Below, in pieces: positions 24,967 through 34,664 of a stretch of 55,877 bases of DNA; position 1 is the first letter of the stretch; each line of letters starts with the position of its first letter. The stretch spans positions 1 through 55,877 of IMG/VR virus record IMGVR_UViG_3300050132_000092; one strand, written 5' to 3'. The notes beneath the pieces are model-generated. The model made no database searches. It was not told the origin of the DNA and saw nothing but the letters and a program-made list of their open reading frames with translations. This DNA is from a virus. Its lineage: Duplodnaviria > Caudoviricetes. A program made the translations under genes and the position numbers.

Positions 24967-25998
24967 ATGAGTATACGACTGGATATACCTGCCGACCATC
25001 CGGCAGCAACAAGAGCAGCACGAGCATTTTTCAACGCACTGTTGGAAGAACAGTTGAAAGAGTACGGTCTGACTGACGGACCGGCAGAGTGTGAGTGCCT
25101 ACAGCCAACGAGAGAATATCTTGAACAGAAACTTGGTGAACTTGAAGAACAGTTGGATTTGGGAATGGCGTCTGTCAGCCCGTTTGCCGCACCGCCCGTC
25201 GGTCCTCACGGTGGAGTAATGGTGCCAGTAGAACAGTTTAACAGTGGTACGATTCCACAGCCAGTGACCACACAGATTATGACACCAACACCACCGCTCC
25301 CCACCACTGAGTCACTGCTTGCAGGTAACGGTGTTCCTGGTTATGACGGTGTGCCTTACACGCCACCAACACCACCGATCCCCACGCCTCCCGCCCTACC
25401 GCGTTCCGGTGCCAAGCTGGATGCTGACGGTCTGCCGTGGGATCGCCGTATTCATGCCAGCACTAAGACGCTCAGACAATCCGATGGTAGCTGGAAGTTG
25501 ATACGTGGTGTGTCCGACGAACTGGTACACACCGTTAAAGCCGAGCTGCGATTGGCTATGGGGCAGGCGCAGGCGGTCACACTGCCACCAGCAGCACCGA
25601 CTATCCCTGTACCACCAGCAGGTGTAGGCTTTGCTGATCCGGCAACTAATCCGTCTGCTGTTCCACTGCCGTCTCCACTAGCCCCACCGGCAGTAGACCC
25701 TGACGCTGGTTGGCCGTCACCTCCTGCCGGTCCGGTAGCCGCCGCTGTCATACCGACCCCACCGATACTGACACTCGTGCCACCTGTCGCGCCAGCACCA
25801 CCGGCACCGCCCGCAACCGATCCGTTTCCAGAGTTCGTGCAGTTTTGTACCGCCGGTCAGCAGTCAGGTCGGCTCCAGTATCAGGCTATTGTCGATACCT
25901 GCACGAAATACGGCATCACGCAGTTACCGATGCTCAATGCACGGCACGACCTGATACCGACTATCCGTGCCGAACTGGAGGCGTTATGCAAGCCGTAG
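24967..25998 (+). CDS. Pro-rich phage replication-region protein
   Basis: LDADGLPWDRRIHASTKT motif; directly upstream of the DUF2800 gene. Confidence 0.7.
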   Translation: MSIRLDIPADHPAATRAARAFFNALLEEQLKEYGLTDGPAECECLQPTREYLEQKLGELEEQLDLGMASVSPFAAPPVGPHGGVMVPVEQFNSGTIPQPVTTQIMTPTPPLPTTESLLAGNGVPGYDGVPYTPPTPPIPTPPALPRSGAKLDADGLPWDRRIHASTKTLRQSDGSWKLIRGVSDELVHTVKAELRLAMGQAQAVTLPPAAPTIPVPPAGVGFADPATNPSAVPLPSPLAPPAVDPDAGWPSPPAGPVAAAVIPTPPILTLVPPVAPAPPAPPATDPFPEFVQFCTAGQQSGRLQYQAIVDTCTKYGITQLPMLNARHDLIPTIRAELEALCKP

Positions 25999-27134
25999 GT
26001 CACGCCCGCCTGTCACCCTCAGCCGCCTCGCGGTGGGTGAAGTGTCCTGGCAGTGTACCGCTTGCCGCTCGGTATCCTGAAATCGGTTGCTCCGCCGCTG
26101 CCGAGGAAGGCACGGCAAGCCATTGGATCGGCAGTGAAACGCTGTCGGGCAAGGGGCGCACCATGCAGGCGTGGGTCGGCGTTAAAGCACCGAACGGCAT
26201 TGTGATCGACATGGAGATGGTAGACGGCGCGTATGTCTATGTCGAGGCGGTCAAGCAGGCGGCAGGTGTCAGTCAGGCGCTCACCGTCGAACAGCCGGTC
26301 GCATGTTCGCCAGTTCATGCCGACTGTTGGGGAACACCTGACCTGTGGTACTGGTGTGGCTCGCCGGGGACTGCTCACAGCGAGCTACATGTCTGGGATT
26401 ATAAATACGGCTATGGAATTGTTGAGCCGTTTGAAAACTGGCAGTTGATCTGTTACGCCGCCGGACTGTTAGCCAGTCTAACCGGCGCACAGGATCAGCA
26501 GGTGACTGTCGTATTGCACATCGTCCAGCCGCGTCCGTTCCACAGCGACGGACCGGTGAGAGAGTGGCGGGTTAGCGGGTCAGACCTGCGTGGTTACATT
26601 AACCGCCTGTCACTGGCGGCACATCAAGCCGTGTCAGCCACACCCTGCACGGCAACCGGTCATCATTGCCGCTACTGTGCCGGTCGTCACGCCTGTCCGA
26701 CTCTTGACTTGGCAATTTATGCCGGTATTGATTACATCGGTCAGGCGCAACCGGAAGAGTTGTCGGTGGGCGCAATGGCAATGGAATATAAAGTGCTGGA
26801 GCGGATTGAGGTGCTGATTAAAAGCCGCAAGTCAGCACACGAGTCACGCATGATCGGCATGATTAAAGCCGGTGAGTCGGTGCCGGGTTACACTATCGAC
26901 TACGGCAGCGGTCATGCTAAATGGAATAAACCGGTGGGTGAGATAATTTCCCTCGGTCAGATGATGGGTCTGGAGCTGGTGGGCGAACCGACGGCAATCA
27001 CACCAGCTAAAGCTCTGAAGCTAGGACTCGATCCGGTTCTCGTCAAGGCGTACAGCGAGCGACCTGTTACCGGCACTAAACTGGTGGCAACGGCTGGCTC
27101 ACTGGCTAACAGAGTATTTGGGGTGAGCGTATGA
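25986..27134 (+). CDS. DUF2800 Cas4-like PD-(D/E)XK nuclease
   Basis: HARLSPSAASRWVKCPGS, EEGT..H, WGTPD, DYKYG, CRYC....CP. Confidence 0.85.
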   Translation: MQAVGHARLSPSAASRWVKCPGSVPLAARYPEIGCSAAAEEGTASHWIGSETLSGKGRTMQAWVGVKAPNGIVIDMEMVDGAYVYVEAVKQAAGVSQALTVEQPVACSPVHADCWGTPDLWYWCGSPGTAHSELHVWDYKYGYGIVEPFENWQLICYAAGLLASLTGAQDQQVTVVLHIVQPRPFHSDGPVREWRVSGSDLRGYINRLSLAAHQAVSATPCTATGHHCRYCAGRHACPTLDLAIYAGIDYIGQAQPEELSVGAMAMEYKVLERIEVLIKSRKSAHESRMIGMIKAGESVPGYTIDYGSGHAKWNKPVGEIISLGQMMGLELVGEPTAITPAKALKLGLDPVLVKAYSERPVTGTKLVATAGSLANRVFGVSV

Positions 27135-27391
27135 TGACACGCAAAGAAGCTGAAAGTCAGGGGCTTGTTGTTGACGACACCTGTTATCCGTGGATCGCTT
27201 ACAAAGGAGCACGCTTTAATCCAATAGAACTACATAAATGTCTAACAGATAGAGAAACGGGTTTGGTGGAAGCAACAGAAGGTCTTTTAGCAGCCTGTCA
27301 GCATCACGGTATAAAAACAGGCACAATGTTAAATGCTCAACATAAGATATACGAGGCACGACCAGTATCCGCCTTTGGGCGTAAACCATAA
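27131..27391 (+). CDS. hypothetical protein
   Basis: ATGA overlap; VDDTCYPWIAYKGARF. Confidence 0.65.
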   Translation: MMTRKEAESQGLVVDDTCYPWIAYKGARFNPIELHKCLTDRETGLVEATEGLLAACQHHGIKTGTMLNAQHKIYEARPVSAFGRKP

Positions 27392-27403
27392 CAAGGTGCT
27401 GTA

Positions 27404-28483
27404 ATGAGTCGCCAACGGCAGGAAAACAAGAAAATAGTTTACCGTCTTATCGGAAAATTCGATAGAGATGGTTATCCTGCCGAACTGCCTTGGATTATGG
27501 ATTTTTTGGCTAAAGTAGACATTAACGGGGGCAGAGTAAACACAAACAATCAGCAGGATACGCTCGACACCTTGTGGAAAAGATACGGGGAAAATAACAC
27601 GCCGGTCAACCCGGCCAGGAGGCTACACACAATGAAACACGGAGAAAATCACGTAATTACCGGTAACGCTATCGTCGTTTGGGACGGCATTACCAAACCT
27701 GAAACCATGAAGAACGGTCAGCCTATGGCTAAACCGCAATTCAGCCTGAAACTGGCACTCCAGCCGACCGACAGCAGTGTTGCTGAAATTGACGCTATCT
27801 GTAAAGCGGCACTTCAGACCAGCGAGTTTAAAGGCGTCATGCCGCATGGTGGTTCATGGCCGCTGGCATCAGCCAACCCGCAGATCGCCGACGGGGCGCT
27901 GAACGGTATGGTCACAATCAATCCGAAGACCACACAGCAGGACATCACGCAGAAAGTCTACGACGCTAACGGTCAGTTGCTTAATCCGCTGTCTTACGCC
28001 AGAATGTTGTACCCCGGCGCAATCGTACAGGTTATCGTTCACGCTTTCCCGTTTAACAACGTGCAGAAGGGTATTGCTTTAGGTCTGGACGGCATCAGAA
28101 TTATTGACGCGGCGGCTCCGGCACTGAACATCGGTGCCAGTATGCCTGCCAGTGAGGTCGCAACGGCGTTCGGTGCTCCTGTCGCTCCCGGTATGTTCGC
28201 CGGTCAGCCTGGCATGGCACCGGGTCAGCCGAGTGGTTATCAGCCGCCTGTAGCTCCCGGCGCACCGGGCCAGTACGTGCCGCCACAACAGCAGTACGCC
28301 GCACCGCCGGTACAGCCACCCATGCCGCCGATCACACCGGCTCCTGACTTCTTGCAACCACAGACACCACCTCTGCCGCCTGCACATCAGATGCTGCCCG
28401 CCGCGCAGGGAGCGACTTTTGAACAGCTCGTGGCCGTTGGGTGGACCGAAGCAACACTCAGACAGCATGGTATGATGGTGTAA
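27404..28483 (+). CDS. DUF2815 / T7 gp2.5-like ssDNA-binding protein (probable start at 27632)
   Basis: LYPGAIV...FPFNNVQKGIALGLDGI; strong CAGGAGG RBS before the ATG at 27632. Confidence 0.75.
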   Translation: MSRQRQENKKIVYRLIGKFDRDGYPAELPWIMDFLAKVDINGGRVNTNNQQDTLDTLWKRYGENNTPVNPARRLHTMKHGENHVITGNAIVVWDGITKPETMKNGQPMAKPQFSLKLALQPTDSSVAEIDAICKAALQTSEFKGVMPHGGSWPLASANPQIADGALNGMVTINPKTTQQDITQKVYDANGQLLNPLSYARMLYPGAIVQVIVHAFPFNNVQKGIALGLDGIRIIDAAAPALNIGASMPASEVATAFGAPVAPGMFAGQPGMAPGQPSGYQPPVAPGAPGQYVPPQQQYAAPPVQPPMPPITPAPDFLQPQTPPLPPAHQMLPAAQGATFEQLVAVGWTEATLRQHGMMV

Positions 28484-28490
28484 TGCTTAC

Positions 28491-28523
28491 AGCGGCAGGT
28501 GTGACAGCCTGCCGCTACTTATT
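28491..28523 (+). terminator. hairpin, possibly a weak terminator
   Basis: AGCGGCAGGTGTGACAGCCTGCCGCT followed by ACTTATTT. Confidence 0.55.
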
Positions 28524-28535
28524 TGGAGGGGCATC

Positions 28536-28826
28536 GTGGAGTTTATAGCATTTACTAAACATCTTGATCAGTTTCACCGTGAGTTTGACATCGACACGTC
28601 ACCACATGGTCGTGCTGAAAAACTATTTGAAGAGGTTAAGGAGTTTGATGAAGCAAGAGACAGTAAATCCAAAGAAGACGCTGACGACGAGGCAATAGAC
28701 GTTATGATATGCGCGATTGCCAATGTGATTGCTCGCGGGATATCCAGCCCGCTCGATGCCTGTTATTTTAAGCTGGAGCGAACGGCTGTAAAATATCGTC
28801 TACGTGCTTTGGAAATACATGTATGA
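28536..28826 (+). CDS. MazG-like nucleotide pyrophosphohydrolase
   Basis: KLFEEVKEF...DEAIDV (ExxE/ExxD). Confidence 0.7.
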   Translation: MEFIAFTKHLDQFHREFDIDTSPHGRAEKLFEEVKEFDEARDSKSKEDADDEAIDVMICAIANVIARGISSPLDACYFKLERTAVKYRLRALEIHV

Positions 28827-30721
28827 CCACACCTGTCACCGATTTTGTGTGGGATATTGAAAGCTATCAGAATGTGGCGACCTTCGCCATCAAGCAAGCC
28901 GGTCAGCCGCACCGCTGGCTGTTCGAGATATCCGACCGGCGTAACGATGTCGAGGCGTTGTGCGCCTTCATGCAGACGCTCCGTACCTGGAACAGCAGGA
29001 TGGTCGGCTTTAATAATATCGGTTTCGACTATCCGGTGCTCCACAGTATCCTGATACGACCCGACCAGGCGACTGCCGCCAGCATTAACGCCACCGTCCA
29101 GCATATTATCGACAAGCCGTTTGAGGATCGCTTTGGCCACATCATCTGGGATCGTGATCAAATCGTACCGCAACTCGACCTGTTCAAGATTCACCATTTC
29201 GACAACAAGGCTAAGTTCACCAGCCTGAAGATTCTAGAATTTAACATGCGCTCGGACAGCATCCAGGACTTGCCGTATCCGCCCGGTAGCACCCTGACCA
29301 GTGAACAGATTGACCTGCTTATCCAGTACAACTGGCATGATGTCGAACAGACCGAGGCGTTCTATTGGCACTCGATAGACGCGATCCGCTTTAGAGAAGA
29401 GTTGTCGGTTAAGTACGGGCGGTCGTTCCTTAATCACAATGACACCAAGATCGGCAAGGATTATTTCATCATGCGGCTGGAAGAAGCCGATCTTGGTGTC
29501 TGTTACGATAGCTCTAGCGGCTCGCGGCGACCGAGGCAGACCATCAGACAGTCGATACGGCTTGCTGACGTGGTGCTGCCGTACATCCAGTTTCAGCATC
29601 CTGAGTTCAACCGTATTCTCGGCTGGTTCAAGGAACAGGTAATCGCCGACGCCACTGTGATCAAGGGGCTGTTCACCGACATCTCCTGTACGGTCGGCGG
29701 CTTTCAGTTTGACTTTGGGGCGGGTGGCCTGCATGGATCGGTCAGCAGTCAGACGGTAAGTAGTGACGATTACTGGATAATCAAAGATATTGACGTCAAA
29801 TCTTACTACCCGAACTTAGCTATAGCTAATAATTTTTATCCAGAACATCTCGGCCAACTGTTTCCGGCAATTTACAAAGACGTCTACGAACAGCGGAAAT
29901 CGTATGGTAAAAAAACACCTGAGAACGCCATGCTGAAGCTGGCACTAAATGGCGTGTACGGCGATTCCAATAACAAATATTCCGTCTTCCTCGACACGCA
30001 GTACACAATGAGCATTACCGTCAATGGTCAGTTATTACTCTGCATGTTGGCCGAGCAGTTAATGCAGATACCTGACCTGCAAATGATTCAGGCGAATACC
30101 GACGGATTGACGGTCAGAATACCGCGCAGTCAGCAGGATGCTGTCAAGCAGGTATGCAAATGGTGGGAGGGCTTTACACGGCTGGAACTGGAGGAAGCTG
30201 AGTATGACCACATGCACATTAGAGATTGTAATGGATATTTAGCGCGGTACTCTGACGGTAAGATTAAACGCAAGGGGCCGTATCGCAGCGTGTTCGCACC
30301 ACCACACCTCGACAAGGGGGCAGGTGATCTGGAATGGCACCAAGACCACTCGGCATTGGTCATTCCGATGGCGGTCGAGTCGGCTTTAATTCACGGTGAG
30401 TCGGTCAGGTCGTACATCCTGAACCATGACAATATTCACGACTTCATGCTGCGAACCAAGATACCGCGTAGCAGTCGGCTGGTGATCGGTGAGACGCCTC
30501 AACAACATGTGACGCGCTATTATGTCAGCAAGTCAGGCAGTCCTATGGTTAAAATCATGCCGCCGTTGGCTAAAAAGCCTGGAGTCGAGCGGCGGATTGG
30601 TATTTGCGTGGGGTGGAATGTAAGTGAGTGCAATAACATCCACACGGCTATTGGACAGGATATTGACTTTGAGTATTATATCAGTGAGGCTGAGAAGCTA
30701 TTAAAACCTTTGGAGGGGTGA
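28823..30721 (+). CDS. family B DNA polymerase
   Basis: WDIE and GFNNIGFD exonuclease motifs; DVKSYYPN, KLALNGVYG, NTDG. Confidence 0.9.
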   Translation: MTTPVTDFVWDIESYQNVATFAIKQAGQPHRWLFEISDRRNDVEALCAFMQTLRTWNSRMVGFNNIGFDYPVLHSILIRPDQATAASINATVQHIIDKPFEDRFGHIIWDRDQIVPQLDLFKIHHFDNKAKFTSLKILEFNMRSDSIQDLPYPPGSTLTSEQIDLLIQYNWHDVEQTEAFYWHSIDAIRFREELSVKYGRSFLNHNDTKIGKDYFIMRLEEADLGVCYDSSSGSRRPRQTIRQSIRLADVVLPYIQFQHPEFNRILGWFKEQVIADATVIKGLFTDISCTVGGFQFDFGAGGLHGSVSSQTVSSDDYWIIKDIDVKSYYPNLAIANNFYPEHLGQLFPAIYKDVYEQRKSYGKKTPENAMLKLALNGVYGDSNNKYSVFLDTQYTMSITVNGQLLLCMLAEQLMQIPDLQMIQANTDGLTVRIPRSQQDAVKQVCKWWEGFTRLELEEAEYDHMHIRDCNGYLARYSDGKIKRKGPYRSVFAPPHLDKGAGDLEWHQDHSALVIPMAVESALIHGESVRSYILNHDNIHDFMLRTKIPRSSRLVIGETPQQHVTRYYVSKSGSPMVKIMPPLAKKPGVERRIGICVGWNVSECNNIHTAIGQDIDFEYYISEAEKLLKPLEG

Positions 30722-30724
30722 AGC

Positions 30725-30931
30725 ATGAGACGTAAACCTGATTACACCGGTTATCTGGCACTTATAACAGCGGGTATCGCCATGCTGACAGTCTACTCGA
30801 TTGACCACTATTTCATGCGACCAGCTCTACCGGCACGACCGGTACGCAACATCTGTGCAACGTGTCATTTTCCTGACGACGAGCCGATGTATCCGACGCT
30901 GAACAGCTATAAGAACAGGAGGCGACAGTGA
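30725..30931 (+). CDS. membrane-anchored mini-protein with CXXCH
   Basis: Basic N-terminus, hydrophobic helix, CATCH; GGAGG RBS. Confidence 0.6.
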   Translation: MRRKPDYTGYLALITAGIAMLTVYSIDHYFMRPALPARPVRNICATCHFPDDEPMYPTLNSYKNRRRQ

Positions 30932-31230
30932 GTAAACCCCGAACCAGTCCGGTTTTAAACAACGGTCTCTGTGACTACTGCGGTGAGGTGCTGGTGCAAC
31001 GGAACGACGAACCATATTACAACTGGATTAAGAGAAGGACATGTAACAAGGCTCATGCCGCTTTAATCCGTCAGAAGAACAAACGTGAAGGTGTAGGCGA
31101 CACCACAGCATTAGAACTGAAGTCAGGGGTGGTGAGATATAAGCCAGGGACACCTGAATTTGACAGGCTGGTACTAGCTATGCCGAAACCTTTACGAATG
31201 ACTCCGTTTGCCAACCGACTACTATACTGA
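30928..31230 (+). CDS. hypothetical zinc-binding protein
   Basis: CDYCG...C...H; GTGA overlap. Confidence 0.6.
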   Translation: MSKPRTSPVLNNGLCDYCGEVLVQRNDEPYYNWIKRRTCNKAHAALIRQKNKREGVGDTTALELKSGVVRYKPGTPEFDRLVLAMPKPLRMTPFANRLLY

Positions 31231-31237
31231 GATACAG

Positions 31238-31279
31238 AAAGGCCGGACAGGTTGTGAGACTGTCCGGCCTGTTGTTTTA
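31238..31279. terminator. bidirectional terminator between convergent operons
   Basis: AGGCCGGACAG...CTGTCCGGCCT stem with A and T tracts. Confidence 0.75.
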
Positions 31280-31300
31280 CATTTATAATAAGCCTTGTTG

Positions 31301-32149
31301 CTATTCTACTACCGGCTCTACTGGCGGTACAGTCACGGCGGGCGGTACAACAGGTGGGACAGTTGACGCTAACGCCGCTGTTATTGCTAAAAATAAATCG
31401 ACTTTCTTCTGTGAGGCATCAGCAGCTTCTTTATTTACAGCAGTTATCTGGTCAACTGCCGATAAGACGGTAGGGGCAAGAGCTTGGACGGTCTGTATTG
31501 CCGCTTCGGTCTTAATGGCTGTTGGTGTTTCGCCGCCGGTTAGAGTATTTGTGCCGAGAGCGTGGATGCCAGAAGCCGCCATCGGACCAGCCACCGAAAC
31601 AGCAACAGGAATAGGAATAGCACCAGTAGCCGCTAGATATCCGATACCAGCCGCACCAGCAAGCGAGACAAGTCCCTTACCTGTACTCACGGGGTCGGCC
31701 TTCACATTACCAAAGAATCCGCCGAAAAACGCCTTGATTTTAGCCCACATAGATAACTCTCCTTTTCTGTCTTCAAGATATGATATCGCACCCAGGTGTG
31801 AAACTGTTTCGTATAGCGTATGCGCTTCAACTTCATTGACTCCTGAATCTTCCATTGCTTCAAGAAAGGTATTATCACAAAACACCTTCGGCCATCCGGT
31901 GTCGCGGTATAAATAATCATGAAGGAAAGCCGCGCGCCAGTATTTGCCACCGGGAGGAAGAGTCGGCCAGAGGATTCGGGGCGTGCTGGCTCCGTCGCTG
32001 GTTGTACCGGCCGGAACAGTTATAATCGTACCGTCAGCGCGGGTGAAGGAAAACGGCTCCACCAGTACGAAATTGAGGCCGTCAGCGGTGCTTACCGTAA
32101 GGCTATCGGTACTGAATCCGGTCATAGTTTGCGCTTGCATAACTGGCAA
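31301..32149 (-). CDS. DUF1353 domain fused to a membrane (holin-like) region
   Basis: VPAGTTSDGASTP...AAFLHDYLY...DNTFLEAM; hydrophobic C-terminal half; next to the endolysin. Confidence 0.75.
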   Translation of the reverse strand: MPVMQAQTMTGFSTDSLTVSTADGLNFVLVEPFSFTRADGTIITVPAGTTSDGASTPRILWPTLPPGGKYWRAAFLHDYLYRDTGWPKVFCDNTFLEAMEDSGVNEVEAHTLYETVSHLGAISYLEDRKGELSMWAKIKAFFGGFFGNVKADPVSTGKGLVSLAGAAGIGYLAATGAIPIPVAVSVAGPMAASGIHALGTNTLTGGETPTAIKTEAAIQTVQALAPTVLSAVDQITAVNKEAADASQKKVDLFLAITAALASTVPPVVPPAVTVPPVEPVVE

Positions 32150-32348
32150 TCACCGCAATCCTCATAAAACTCACTGACATAATTCTTATCGCGTTCGCAC
32201 CATTTACCGGTCACAGGGTATCTCCGTAATGACAAAACCACATAAGATTGATGACTCTGATATACTGCCGCAAGGATTCCTCAGACATAATGCAACCACA
32301 TCCATGTATTGCTGAGTGTTCGCATATAGCCGTTAAGGTCTTCTTCGC

Positions 32349-32771
32349 TCATACCGGGCTTCGATATACAGCATTACCGACAGGAAAGCGGGACACCTTG
32401 ACAGCATTACCCTGATTGCCGCCTAGACACCTAATAACACCGTTGGAAATGTCAGGACTGTCACAGAGCGTTACATGGTGCGGCCACACCACCAGACAGC
32501 CGAGAATCGGTTTATCGAGCGGCACGCCCCATGTTTTGAACGATGCCGCCGCCGCGCTATGAGTACCGGGGAATCCGGAAGTGTCACAAACATAGTTGGC
32601 AAAACTTGCACACCATGCGGTTTCGTCTGACTGAGCATCAAGCGTGGTATGTTTGGTATATTCCAGTATCCGCGCTGTTGCTATAGGACCAGGTGTTTCG
32701 TGCACTCCTAATTCGCCAGCAGCTACATCATGTAGTTTCTGGCAAGCTTCTTCTCTGTTCATTGTTTTCAT
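32349..32771 (-). CDS. TIGR02594-like CHAP/NlpC peptidoglycan hydrolase (endolysin)
   Basis: DETAWCASFAN...HV...LGGNQGNAV. Confidence 0.82.
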   Translation of the reverse strand: MKTMNREEACQKLHDVAAGELGVHETPGPIATARILEYTKHTTLDAQSDETAWCASFANYVCDTSGFPGTHSAAAASFKTWGVPLDKPILGCLVVWPHHVTLCDSPDISNGVIRCLGGNQGNAVKVSRFPVGNAVYRSPV

Positions 32772-32836
32772 TTATCCCTCCGATTGGTGATTCTCTGGGG
32801 AGCATTTTGTGAATATATCTGGTGTCATGCGTTCCC

Positions 32837-34654
32837 CTATTGTCCCGTAATATACGAAAACGATATAGTGATGAGTGCTGACCTTGCAGTCCAAGTTGGT
32901 GTGTACACCCTGCTGCTTCCGTTAATCACTGCGCCTGTAGGGTAGTCAGTGATTGAATCGTCAGAAACTGTTGCTACATCATTTATAGCTACTGTATAGG
33001 GCATACCCGTAATGTATGACGTGATCGCGGTTGAGGCTATGGAAGTTGTAGGTATTATTTGTATGGTGCAGAAAACCCGATTTCCTCGCTTGGTGTAGTT
33101 GCCTACATACGTCGATGTGCCGACAATGGTGAAGCCCGTGAGTACCGGAGTGAATGTCCCGCTAGCGTCGGGGCTGATCTGAAAATCAGTTGACACGTTA
33201 GTATTAGTTATTAGCACAAATTGAGGGTTGACCGAATTGGCACCAGGGCTTAATCTGATATTGTTCGTGACACTGCCATTAGTACAATTACTAATGCCGA
33301 AAGCGTAACCTTTGCCGTTGTCGTTGTACAGTTGAGCGTTACCTATTGAGACATTGTTCGCAAAGATCAAATCTTTTAACTGTCCAAGCCCATAGGCTGT
33401 CCCTTCTGAGTTTATGGACACATTCCCTTCTATCTGGACAGGGCCAATTGGTGGGTAGTTAAAAAGAGGCAAGTACGATGTACCACAGTTGACTACAATA
33501 TTATTGAGTAGCCGCAATGGTCCTGCCCCACCAGCAAATTGCCCAGTTGGATCTCCACCCGCGCCATACCAAATACCTTGAACTACAGCAGAATCAATAT
33601 AGTTGTTCTCTGCCGTACCAACCGACATTTCAATACCGGCGTAACTGTTGTATGTTCTGCAATTTTTAATTACCCAATTATTGAAACGCGCAAGGCCATC
33701 ATCTAATACTAGAACATCATCATGTAAACGGGGAGCAACATTAAAATTCAACGCATTAAACCGAGTGTCATGGACATACAGGTTTTCAAATAGTATATTC
33801 TGCATATTCTCTGATATGGCGTTTGCATAAACAGCCTCACCACTAAAACCATAAACTTCAATATCTTTGATTGTTACGTCACTAGAGTTCCACGCCGCAA
33901 TCCCTTTGAAGTTTACCTGCTGCCAATCTCCAGGCGAGACTTGGCTTGCGTTTGGTGTGCCTGTCCAGTCACCGTGTATCTTACCTTTGCCATGAACAAG
34001 GAAGCCACTTCTAGGTACGTCAATATCAGCGGAACCGAACTCAATAAACCCGCGCGTTGCGGCAACGTCTACCCATCTACCTGTTTGCCAACCACTCTTT
34101 TCAGCGGCTTGCGTTGTCGCTACAGCACTCAGCACACCATCAATTTCAAACTCCACATTATCCACATCGTAAGCGGTAAATCTACCGCCTGTGTTTGTCA
34201 CGGTGGTATTCGGCCCAATATATATTTTGCGGTTAGCAGGAATAATAATGTCTCCTGCGAGTGCATACGTTGCCGCTGTGAACGATATGCTGGATGCTGC
34301 AATAGCTCTATTTACCCCGGCTGTGTCAATGCCAAACCATTCAACAGGTCGGACAGTGCTATCGTTGAAACTAAATTTAGTAGTGTTGCCTATACTCCCA
34401 CCCTTCTCCACTTTCAAAGCTCTGTCGGACGGCCACACGCCCTTTAAAGAACAGGTATTAGAGGATATATTGCTGAATGTAGATGAAAGAGCAGAGGTGA
34501 CAACAACAGTCTTATTTGCTACGTCTGCTCTTGTGCCTGCCGAGCAGAGGTCAGTTGCTGTGGTGTAAGTACCGTTCTGCGACATTACCAAAATAGCTGC
34601 ATTCGCCTGAGTTGTGAATAGTAGCAACAGTACTGCGACGATAAAGCGTTTCAT
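32837..34654 (-). CDS. tailspike-like beta-helix protein with a signal-peptide-like N-terminus
   Basis: VEWFG...AI motif, N/I/V-rich beta-helix coils, GTFTP...YTKRGNRV C-terminal domain. Confidence 0.75.
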   Translation of the reverse strand: MKRFIVAVLLLLFTTQANAAILVMSQNGTYTTATDLCSAGTRADVANKTVVVTSALSSTFSNISSNTCSLKGVWPSDRALKVEKGGSIGNTTKFSFNDSTVRPVEWFGIDTAGVNRAIAASSISFTAATYALAGDIIIPANRKIYIGPNTTVTNTGGRFTAYDVDNVEFEIDGVLSAVATTQAAEKSGWQTGRWVDVAATRGFIEFGSADIDVPRSGFLVHGKGKIHGDWTGTPNASQVSPGDWQQVNFKGIAAWNSSDVTIKDIEVYGFSGEAVYANAISENMQNILFENLYVHDTRFNALNFNVAPRLHDDVLVLDDGLARFNNWVIKNCRTYNSYAGIEMSVGTAENNYIDSAVVQGIWYGAGGDPTGQFAGGAGPLRLLNNIVVNCGTSYLPLFNYPPIGPVQIEGNVSINSEGTAYGLGQLKDLIFANNVSIGNAQLYNDNGKGYAFGISNCTNGSVTNNIRLSPGANSVNPQFVLITNTNVSTDFQISPDASGTFTPVLTGFTIVGTSTYVGNYTKRGNRVFCTIQIIPTTSIASTAITSYITGMPYTVAINDVATVSDDSITDYPTGAVINGSSRVYTPTWTARSALITISFSYITGQ

Positions 34655-34664
34655 GTGATCTCCT

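Noticed and set aside
24288-25027. Poly-RP, poly-DH/DP, poly-RG and poly-V ORFs
   Set aside because: These are shadow frames of the 6-bp array; only the Ser frame shows ATGA coupling to the upstream gene.
25710-25985. N-terminal extension of the DUF2800 ORF
   Set aside because: It overlaps the upstream gene; the GGAGG RBS and HARLSPS motif put the start at 25986.
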